From Lingula anatina (lineage: Eukaryota; Animalia; Brachiopoda): a DNA stretch of 64,000 bases. The translations under genes were made by a program, and so were the position numbers. Every line of letters begins with the position of its first letter. The stretch's first letter is position 1. Below are positions 12,201 through 24,200 of the stretch, piece by piece. The stretch spans positions 12,050,567 through 12,114,566 of the forward strand of contig CM120644.1 of the NCBI GenBank assembly GCA_051362555.1, in the 5' to 3' direction. Below the pieces are notes generated by a model. The model did no database searches and was not told where the DNA came from. It was given only the letters and a program-made list of their open reading frames with translations.

Positions 12201-15200
12201 TCTAATATCTTTATTTGTACTTTTTTTATTGATTGTGTAGGATGGGGTTTATCCATATCTTGATAAAAATTGAATGGATATAAATTGAGGTAACATTTAT
12301 ATTAATGCATGGCTTCTGTGGGGTTGTTGTTTTAACAGAATAGATGAAAATGTTTTCATTTGAAAATCATTTTCCATTTGAACCATAATAGATTTATAGA
12401 AAAAAAAATTCAAAGTTATGTTTTCATCAGCCAAAATAATTATTTATCTATCTATATCTTTTGTTTTAGCAAAATAGATTGGACAATTAAAAAAAAAAAA
12501 AAAACAACCAAACCATGATAGATTTTCAGAAGAACATTTCAAGTCATTAGCTAAATTTATTCAGCATTTGAATTAGAATTAGCATTGGGTATGATTGGTA
12601 AATTGTGTATGATCTAATTGTTTTAATTCTCTCCTGTAGGCTACAATCTGCTAGGCTCTGTCTTGCAAGTGGAACCTTCCATGTCCATACATAGGTAAGT
12701 AATAGTGATAACCCGTCTCTGGGTTTTAAAAAACTGACCTTTTGAAATTTTTAAAGATAATAGAGATGTGTTGTTTGCTTGAGATCAATCAGAAACTGCT
12801 TTTAAGTTGTCAGTTCAGAATTGACAGTATGTATTGAAAATTCTATGAATATTAAACCATCAGCTGTTTTTGATTGATTTCCTATCATTTTGCAATCAAA
12901 ATAGAAAGGTGATGATTACCTGTTTATAATTAGTTTTTTAAATGGATAACAGTGATAGACATTTTTTATTTTATTTTATGAGCAGCATATGCTATGTTGA
13001 AGAGTCGGCTAGCAATTTAAAAGCCAGTTAACAATTTAAAAAATCTTTTTTTTGTGGTCTCAAGGAGCCAATACCATTTTTACCTGTTTACTTATTTATG
13101 ATTTATTCTTTAAATGGCCCCAATATGGCAACTGTTTGGAATTTTGTTCTTGCTAGCTGTATTATATAATTTGGTTTTGTGGGAGTTTCTCTTGTTTTAA
13201 CAAAACTCACTATCAGTAGGTATGATTTTTGATAAAGATGATAAAGTTATATTGGGCTGAAAAGATTGTAAATCCATTGTCTGCTGCAGTATGAATGTTG
13301 ATGTTTGTCTACCATCTTCTGGGTATAATATTGGAAGTATTTGCCCTGATAATTCACATATGCAGTGCATACTAGAACAAGATATTATGAATTAAAAATG
13401 AATGTTGTGAGGTAGGCAAAATAAATAGTCTTCTTTATCAGTGTTGATAATCTTCTATATCAATATAGCTAATAGTTTTTGTTGCATTGTCTCATGAGTA
13501 ATACTGCACTAAAAGAACCAAAACATGTTTCCTTGAATGGTGACCAATGATTATTTCTTAGAATATAAATAAAGATTGTTAAAATTGTCTTGTAATTGTT
13601 GTCTGTGTTGAGAATTGATGTAAATAATGTAGCTATCAGTCTGTGAGTCAGTGAACTTTAATAGTGACAAACTGGTGAGGAGGGTTGGTAGGTGCAGTTC
13701 TCAGCATGTTAGCTCCCCAATTTTTGACTGGACAATAGTATTTTGGTTTAAATTTTATGTTTTTCAATTTTTGTATCTTACACCCCATTCTCATAGATTA
13801 GATCGACCTACATTGGATCGACCTAACTCCCTGGGGGTTCACGCTAAATAGCTGTCAGCCGGGCGGACACGAAAGTTAATTACCCCTTAAAGCTTGTAGT
13901 AGGCGGGGACGGACACTTAAGGGGGATTATCTGACAGTAATCTAGTGAGACTCCCCGCGGTGATAGATCGATCTAAAAGTTGTGAGAACAGAGCCTTAGT
14001 TAATGTGGCTCAGTGCTTTGATTTGGAACCTTCTCCTTATTCCTGTTTAGATTTATACCAGATGTTAAAAGGGTCTTCTGTATGCCAAATGTTGAAACAA
14101 ATTTTATGGGCTCTAGAAACTTGCAAAATATGTACACACTCTCCCAATATCTCATTGAGTTGATGAGGAACCAATTAGTCTGGTATGAACAAAAATAATG
14201 TCAGAATGACCCCAGCTTGCTCATTGTCATCATAGTCCCCCCTCTGTTGTGATTCCAGCAGGTAAACCTACTGCTGTAATTTGTGTTCAGTGATACACAG
14301 GGCAGTGTATCGGCACTGTTGTTTTCCTCCCTCTTCTCTGAAGAGTGGGTGGTATCTTGCTTGTTGTTATTTGATCTGGATCTGTGGGTTGAGGACGGTT
14401 CTCAGGTATACTTCACCACATCCTGGAATTGGGTAAGTTTGTGATAATGTTTTGAGATTGTTTTAGGATTGAAATATTTTAAAGTGGTGAAAAATCAACC
14501 GCCAGTGGGAGGGAATGCAGTGTACCTATTAGAGGCGACTTGGGTGGTTTAAGAACCTGCAAAAGAATTCAACTGAAAATTTTGTACCTTGCTGTTTGGT
14601 ATTGATATAGAGACTACAAGAATTTGGAAATTCAATTTTTCCATCAACATAGTTTTTTTTAATGTTTTGGTTAATTTTTGAGAAAGAGTGGGACTGTGAT
14701 AGTGTAATATATTGTCTCAATGTCTGTTTTTGTATATAACAAACTTTTGTACTTACATAATAACTGGCTCATGTATCTGCTTAGAACAACCTAGCAACTG
14801 CTCAGCCCAACAGAATTTAGCAAATCTTTCAAATTAATAAGCTTATGAAAATGTTTTAACCAAATAATTATTAGTCGGGTTTACTGTACATATTTATTGT
14901 AATAAGAACCAGTAGGACAGATTTGATGCTAAAGTAAGCTTAGCTCTATCAAAGGGTCTGCATGGAAGAGTCATGCTTAGAAGGATTAACGTGTCTAAGT
15001 GTAAATGCGACTTCAGTTTTTCCAGGGCGTTGCTTGACAACAGTTTGTTGTAACATGTGGCAACAAAGTTCACTTAAGTCTGCAGCTTTCTTGGTAAACT
15101 GGAGCAATTAGCGGCAGCCTCTGGCAGAAATTGATTTCTTGGAACATCTTTATAGGGCTCATCGTGCACCAGTGAGCTTTTCCCTCCCAGATCCTTCAGC

Positions 15201-18200
15201 AGAGAGTGCGATAAACTGCCTCTCAGCAGTAGAAATATTAGATATACCTAACCCGACAGCTGCTGCGTAATATGGTATATAAAACCTGGAATCTCTTTCA
15301 TTATTGTTTATCTTATTTTGTACACCTACAGCAAAATGCCTGCCGGTTGGTGAATACAATGCTGTAGAAATTTGTCAGCTGACGTCATATCTAGTCCCTA
15401 TTAATGTCATTTTAACATAAATCTTAAGTGCTAGGATTGAGAGCATAAAGTGGACTTTTAGGAGAATTATGACTGATGATTATTTGTACTGAAATGTTGT
15501 GAGGTACCTCTAGTCCCCAGTTGTGTTCTGGATATAATATCTTCGGATATTTCATGGTCTCTTTAACTCAAATTTGTAATGTTGTTACCCATGAGATTAT
15601 CAACATTTTTCGCTATATATTAGAAGAAAAAATGGTTCTAGTAGTAGATATTTAGAATCGAAAAAAGGGGCATAAAATTTTAGCTCTGAGTTGAGTTTTT
15701 TTCACGTCTGCCATCTTTCTGTGTGGGCTTATTTTGTTGCTGTTTTTACTACCACAGCATCCTGTTGTTTTTGTAGTATTGATTTTGGGAAATGGTGTAA
15801 GATATGCATGCCTTATGTAGACCTATATAACTATCCAATGATATCTGTCCGATAATGACCATCATGTACTATATTTACAACTGTTAGGAAAGAGATGTGG
15901 TATTTGACTATGGTAGAGATACTCCCATTCTGCAACTTTTATGTTGCCATAGCATTAGAAATTTGCACATTGCATGTACTCTGATTTCGTCAACAAAAGG
16001 ATCAGAAATCTTTGAGATATGTATGTTTTTCTAGCGAAATGAGCTATTGTGGTTTTTGTGCCAGGTAAATATACTTTCTGATAGGAATAGCAACACACTG
16101 AAGTTAAGTTATTGTAGCTTAACACTTTTTGAGCAAGTTGTATTGAAAAGTGTCTAGTTTCCGTTGAAGTCTACTTACTGGTCAGGATGGCCAGTAGGAA
16201 AAAAAACTGAAGTGATTTTTTTGGTATTTCTCCATGGAAAAATTGAATAAAGTATAAGTAGCATAAATCGACATTGCTGGGAAATGCCATTGGCTGTCAG
16301 TATTTGAATATACTTATTTATTGTAAATGTTACGTTACAAATTCTATCGTCAGGTTATAAAAGAGATAGTTATGCGCTTGCTGGATTATTTTTAATTTTA
16401 ACATTTGTCTTGTTTTGTACTGAGCTTGTCTGAATTATTATTGCATCCAACAGTGTTATGTACTTTTTTTTTTACTTAGATGCCTGTTACCAGTTTGTTC
16501 CCTAAACCTTATTATAATTTGTAGTCTGTAGTTTTAGCATAGTCTCAAATTGGTATGCTCACAAATGTATTCAGTATACTGGCAGTGCTGCTCAATTTCA
16601 AACTAGGGATTCATCATAAGTGAACTTTTTTTCAGAGTATTTTTTATATGACTGTCCATCATGTCATATAATGTAAAATGTGGTCACTTTTTCTTTATTC
16701 GACTGAGCCAAGTACTTTATTTTCAATTAAAACATGTTTTGCCACCTTGCTGACAACGTCACCATTTGATCATCACTGCAAAAATGACATTCAAAAAGAA
16801 GTTGATTAATGTGCTTTTGGTTGGTAGGTTGGTTGGGGTTCTCTGTGTCTGATTGACTTATATATCTGCCAAATGTGAGTACTTTTAAGAAAAAAAAAAA
16901 AAGCATTGTTATCCTGAAAAGAAGGCACCAAGTGAAGGCGGGTGAAGTCTCACATGATATTCAGCTGTGGAAATGTGTGTAGAGTTGAGCAGCACTGTAT
17001 AAATGCTTGTGCCCACACCACCGCTATTTCGTGCTGAAGCATTGTGTGTACTACTCTCCCCCTCCTCTGTTGTAGAACTCCTACTACTACTACTGCAGAA
17101 GCTAGAAGTAGCTAACTTGTGGAATCTGTACTGAGCTGACTACGCAGCACACCATCATGGCTGGTTATGAACAGTCTGAACAATACGAACCTTATAACAA
17201 CATCCAAAGTGAGGAAAACGATAATGATTATAACGGTCACCATGAAAGTGGTCAAGAGGACTCGTCTAATTCGTAAGTTGATATCATCACATTTTTTCGG
17301 CTCTCACTCTCTCTACAGGCTTTAAATCTTGTTTGTCTTACTGAAGTTACAGGCTTCAACTTTAGTATTGGTAAATTGCTGGTGGGAAACAAATTTGGGA
17401 ATAAATTTTCCCCTCTTTTTCTTCTTCTTAGATTTTTCTTGTGCAGAGCTGTCCTTTTGTGCTTGCATTGTCAGCTTTATATAAATTAACAGTAGCCCCT
17501 TTGTGTGTCTGTCCTTGTATAGACTAACAGCCTGACCTGATCCACAAGTCGGCTACCGTTGCACTTGCATTGCATTCTGATGTAGAATAGTAGAATAGAA
17601 TCCTTAAGGCCCATTTCACATGTCGTTTAACACAGAGGCTCGACTTAAAACTGGGCGTAAAATGAGATAAAGATCTTAGAACTCCTTGCTTGTCGTTTAT
17701 TAGATATTTGGTTTTTAAACTAACTTTGAGCAAAATTAAAATTGAAGATGTAGTCAGTGTGGATAAATAAAAACAAGCACAGCTTATTATTATTCATAGA
17801 AACTAGCTTGCACTATGATTTCATTTTAACATGAGGAATTTGCAGTGTCTTGTTTGATTTATAATCATCAGAAAATAATGGCTAATATTATGGCTTCAGT
17901 TTTTCAGTGTGGTGTACTAGTTAACATTTTTGTGTATAGATATACAATGATTTTTTTAGATAAATTAGTTGAGATAATGAAATGCAATAAAATCGATCTT
18001 CATTTTTGTTTGATGTATTCCACTGAACTGTTAAATTGCTGAAGGTGAAGTGGATGGGGGGACAAAGTTGACAGCTGTATTTGTGAACTTAAAAGTATAA
18101 ACTTGTCCCATGAAACCAGTAGAAACTCAAGAAATAAAAAAAAAATAATGTGGTTGTCAAAGTGGATGGAGAGCAGTGTAAGTTCAGTGCCATATGGCTT

Positions 18201-21200
18201 CTATGCTTGATGTCACTGTTTGCTTTTCATTGCACATAGCTTTGCACCTTCTGATATTTTTTTAAATCTCTGTTCCAGCTAAAAGGGAGAATTTGATCTT
18301 ACGGCTAGGTTGCCAAAATTGTAGCTTCAGGGATAGTTTGATAAATACTTCAGAACTTTTTTAGTTGTTGAACACAAGTGTTTCATTGTTGCAGTAAAGT
18401 GTTTAAGAGGCTAGACAGACTCCTACTGAGACTGAAAACACAGAACATACACTGTAGTTCTGGAGCAAGAGAAAGAAAGAAAGGAGACTTAATACAATAT
18501 GGTGTGCACGTGCTCTAGATCTATTCTAGGACTTCTCTTTCGCACGATCAAAATAAGCAGACACCCTGCTGATGATACAGTGCTTCTAACGAACCTTTCC
18601 TCTGTGCTGCAAAGTTGCAAGTGAAATCTTGAAGTGTGCTTTTTTTTTTAACATGCGTTAAGATTTACATTTTCTTTTCAATCTTCTTTCAGACGCACTG
18701 CCAAAATCATAATTCGCCACGTTCCTTCACAAGTAACCCACGAAGATCTTTTGCGCTTGGTCTCTGCTTTCGGTCCAGTTATAAAAACAGATGAAAGTAA
18801 GTGCTATTTGAAAAGAAATCTTCAAAGTTTAAAAAGATTGGCAGGGGCTGATATAAATGGCAACTTCATTATTTTTATTATACAGGTAGCTCTTCAGCAT
18901 GATGTGAATAGACAATTTTGAATCAAAAGCAATCAAAAAGCAAAGCTCTCATAAATGTCACAAGAATTTAAGACTGATTTTTTAATGCCGTGCCTTGCAG
19001 CTGTAATAAAAGAATGGAAAGAAAATTAATTGTGCTTTACATACTCGTAAGCAGTCTACAAAATTTACAAGGTGAAAAATACTTTTTCAGTTTACTAAGA
19101 TTGCCATTTGTTTCCTATGTTGTTTAGTCAATTTGTAACTTCTTTAACAAATTATGCCTGGTTAGTATGATAACTCTTGTACATAGTGGTTCCCAGAAAA
19201 GTGTTTGAATTTTCTAAAGGTTATGGTTTGTTTTCATGGTATTTTCAAACATTTTGCGTGATGGAGTCTTCTGTCTTCTGTAGGTACAAACCGCAATGGT
19301 GAGAATGTTGTAGTTGTCATCTACGAGTCGCCAGAAGCTGCACAAGAGTGAGTACAAGGTCCTGAAAATGGGCCCTTTTATATGTCACACGTTATATGTC
19401 TAGACAACAAAATAATTCAACAAATTGGAACTCACAAACAGTTTGTGAGAGGGGGTGGGGGTTATTTCGTGCTGTTATAAAGAGCACATGTGTAATTCCT
19501 GATGCTTATTATTAATTTCGGAGAAAATTTTGTAGTTTCTACATAACTAAATGCATAATATTGCTGCATACTACTACATAGCATTGCAAGCACAGAGTGG
19601 GATGTTTACTTACTGTGTTATTCATGTAATGCTGCAGGTTAATGTTATTTTAATTACATTGTATTTTGTTTAATTGTAGGGCCGCTTCACAGTTAAATGG
19701 TTACGAATTATTAGGAACACAGATCAGTGTAAGTGTTTGAATATGATTTGGACTGAGGTTGTGGTTCAAATTTACTCACCAGGTTGAAGTTAGATGTTGA
19801 TTAAGTAATTGAAACTTGATATAATGTGGTAACTAAATCACTTTTCACCATTTTGATAGAATTTGTATTCTGTCTTTCCTGGAAAGGAATAGGGCCGAAT
19901 TTTAAAATGGAAAGATGCCCTCATATGATGTGGATTGTGAATATGGGGAAATATTTTCCTTTCTAGGTTGAATTAGCAGCTCCAAGGAATAACCGTCGCT
20001 TTGGTGGACGTCGTAATTTCTCAGGGATGGGGAGCAACAGAAATTCTGATTTTCCTCTGAGGTAGGTTTTCCTTAAGCATGCAGTATAGTACAAAAAAGA
20101 AACATTTCAATATCTTTATTTTAGAATCCATTTTTAAAAGGTATTCAACTGAAATTCCCAAAGTTACTTAGAAGGGGGGGGGGGGGGGGGGAGTAATTTT
20201 CTTTTCAAGTGAGATTTTTTTTTTTTTAAATAATTATATGTAAAATGCTGAAGAGTTTAAATGGACAAGTGTTCAAATTAATGTATCAGTGGCATTTTTT
20301 GAAATAATTTTTCTCAATTTAACAATTTGGTCTCAAACACGGAGAAAAGAGGTTTTAATAGCCCTTTCAGGAGCAGTTAAGTGAAGATGTGCATTATATC
20401 ATCTGTGCTATTTTAACTGTAGTTAGAGGCACATGAATGCAAGTCTCATAATAGTATACAGTCATTGCATTTCTTTTACTAACAGTGGCAGATAGAACTA
20501 AGAAACACGAGTTTGAGTGTCCATGTCAAAAATTTCTCCATCTTATACGACAAATTTATTGGGATGTTTCATATTTGTGGAATCATGGTTTCTATATTTA
20601 CTGTAGTAAAGGACTTTGTACCACATAATTGTGTCATTATTTTGTTGAGGTGAACAAGGATGTGGCTAACAGGGGCACATCATCCTAGTCATTGTGTGTT
20701 ATCAGATGAGTGCTGTATTACAGAATATTGGTGCCGCGGGAGATGGTGGGTGCCGTAATTGGACGCGGAGGTGAAACTGTCCGCCAGATCACGCAGCAGT
20801 CACGGGCCAGGTAAAACAGTAGACTGCCTGCGTGCTCATGCTCGGGGGTATTATGACATGCTGTGTGTGTGCTCTGTAGCAGCGGCATTGAGGAAGACCC
20901 CACAAACAGGCTGGTTCTAGTCTTGTTAGTCTAGCACTGCCCTTGCCCATACGTGTGTGATGCAACAATAACCGAGAGGGTAGTCCTAGTCCTACTAGTC
21001 TAGTATGGGCGTGTCAACCCCCCACAAACACCACTAACCTGTTCCATCCCCTGCAGGGGCCTGGCCGGCAGCAGGAACGACTACTGAGTAGTTAGATGTA
21101 GTGTACTTACAATAGCATGGTGTTGTTTGTTGTAGAATTTTGGTGCCGCGTGAGACTGTGGGCGCCATCATAGGCAGGGGTGGGCAAACCATCAAGAAAA

Positions 21201-24200
21201 TCACCCAAGACACCAGGGCCAGGTAAGGTGATGGGCGGCCAGTCGTCTTGATCAGAGATGAACTGGGATGGTCGGCTTGGGTGTGTGGTGGTTGATGTCG
21301 GGTGTGTAGACTGTATGTAGTGTCTGTGTGTGTGCAAGTTAAGCGACGGAGAGTTAATAGAGAGAGAGAGAACCATTTTTTCAGACTGCTTAGGTACATG
21401 AAGTATGTGTGTGTGTGTATGCATGTGTAGGTGTTCTTGTTCAACTTCTGCTTTTTTTAATCAAATTGAGAATCAAATTGAGAATTGAGTGTGTTGTGGA
21501 CCAGGAATGTGATGTTGAGATATTTTTTTTTTAATATCTGGCATGTGTATTTGCACTGGTGTTTGTGAATGTGCACAGATTATTCATGTTATAAAGATGA
21601 GAGGAGGATATGTGAGAGCACGTGTGCATTGTGAGATTGCATAAGAGTATGGTTTGTAGCTTTTCACTGTGCATTGGTTCCAGTTTGAAATGGGATGTGT
21701 ATATGTTTTTGTTTGTGTGGACAGGTAGATTTAAGTAGGCAGTTACAAATGGGTCTGGAATATAATCTAGCACATTTACATATGGTTTTTAACATGTAAC
21801 TGGGAATATATTTTAGTTTGAAATTTAGAAGTAGAAGATACTATTATGTACAGACACAGATGTGTCTGTACATATTGCCATCACCTGCGTCTGTCGTCGC
21901 CGTTCATGTCGCCGTCGCCGTCGCCGTCGCCGTGCACTTTCAGCGTTAACACCATAAGTGGAAGACAGTTTTACTTTTTGGCTTTATATTTACAGAGCTG
22001 ATGAATATTCATAAAACGCAGGTCAAGTTCGAAAATCAGCATGATCGGGCCATTATTGTAGAATTTATGCTGTTTTTTCACTTTTCAGCATATATGCAAC
22101 ACTGTTAACACATTTCAAAGAAAACCGATAGGCCTGTTGTCATGAAACTCACAGGAGTAATCAATCTTACTAAAATGCAGGTCAAGTTCGAAAATCGGCA
22201 TGATCGGGCCACCATTTTAGTAGTTATGCTGTTTTTTCACTTTTCAGCATATATGCAACACTGTTAACACATTTCAAAGAAAACTGATAGGCCTGTTGTC
22301 ATGAAACTCACAGGAGTAATCAATCTTACTAAAACGCAGGTCAAGTTCGAAAATCAGCATAATCAGGCCATTATTTTATAAGTTATGCTGTTTTTTCACA
22401 TTTCCTCAGATTCAATTCTTAGGCATGTTAACAGTCTCATTATTTAATTAATAAGATACGTAAAAGTGTTTGTTTGACATTTCCTGCATCTTTACAACAT
22501 TATTAGTTGATTATGTAAAAATGATGGTAAACTTGTTATCGTGTATTGTGTAATAAAGTGTCAAAAATGGAAATAAACTCATATTATTGCAGTTTGTAAG
22601 ATTCAATCATTCATTATGTTCAGAAACTCAGAATGGAGGAAATTGGACATTTGACACTGTTCTATTGATATTTTTCACATCTCATCAACTTTCTTAGTTG
22701 ATCATATAAAAATGGCAGTAAAGTGTTAATTTTGTTATATGTTAAAAAATTGTTAAAAATGGAAAAAAATGCATTGCAGGACAGTACTGTCTTGTCTACA
22801 TTTTGTAATTTTCAAGTTGTGACTTTGAAGTTCCATGGGCCTGAAGACCTTTGCTAGTCACATTTTCTGAATATCCATGATACTAATATTTTATTATTAA
22901 AAATTGATGGTTATTACTGTTAAACATTATGTAATATTACATCAAAATTTGAAGAAACCCCTATTTTGGACACTGCTCCCTTGATGACCATTTAAGGAAA
23001 ACTATGTCACTTACTGTTCTCAAACTTACAGGAAAGAAACATGGGACTAAAATACAGTTTCATTAGGCAGTGCAGTCTATTTGGTAAATTTTTCTGGCAG
23101 TTAATCAGTTTTTTGTGAAAATTTAATTTTTCACACATTGGCAATTTCAAGGTGTGACTTAGAACCACCTTGGGCTTGAAGACCCATGCTAGTCACATTT
23201 TCTGAAAATCCACGATACGTATATTTTATTATTAAAAACTGATGGTCTTTATGCTGTAAAGCATTATGAAATATTGCATCAAAATAGAAGAAAACACAAT
23301 TTTGGGTATTGCTGCCATGATGACCATCATGGGAAAACCATATTACTTATGATTGTCAAACTTTTAAAAAAGAAACACAGGACTAAAATGCAGCTCGAGT
23401 TGGAAAAGCAGTCTAATTGACTTCTTTTTCTGGAAGTTTTACATTTTCAAAGTGTGAACTTGAACTCCCATGGGCCTGAAGCCTTATGCTTGTTACACAT
23501 TTTACTTACATTGGTATTACCTGTTGAGCATAATTAAAATTTGATGTTGAATTTGCAGTTTAACATAATGTACTTTTACATCAGAATTGACAGTAGCCTA
23601 TTTTGTTATTTCCTGCTTTTTGTCTGTACATTTGACAGCTTTGCTGCCTTGTTAAATACTTATTATTAAATACTAATGATTGATGTGCCTGCAGTATTGT
23701 AATTTTTTTTCTTTTTACATCAAAGGAATATGGTGTCTTAGCACTTTATCTAGACTTGTTCTAATTGGTGTCTTAACATATACTGTAATCTTTTCTTGTG
23801 CATTCCAAATACACAACGACCGATTTTGGATAAAGGATGTGAATGATAGCTGTTCATTGAACACTCAATCCTAGCAATATATCAATAAGATCTAAAATTT
23901 TTACAAGTAGATGTTGTCCTGAAGTCTTTTCTTTTACTGTAAATGATGGCCTTCAGCAAAATACGTCATTCTCGGCAAGGATACTGATGTTCTCCGTAAT
24001 GATGTTGAACATTGTCCCTTTCCAGAGTTGATGTGCACCGTAAGGAAACCGTGCCAGGCTCAGTGGAGAAGGCCATCACCATCTATGGAGCACCAGAGAA
24101 CTGCACCAAAGCCTGCAAAGAAATCATGGCTGTTGTACAAGAGGAAGCCAACAAACAGAACAAGGGGTTTGTAGAGGAGATTCTGTTCTTTGTTGTGATG

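Noticed and set aside
21960-22400. Regularly spaced repeats as a CRISPR-like array
   Set aside because: Whole 159-bp units repeat with no unique spacers; this is a eukaryotic transposon-internal tandem repeat.
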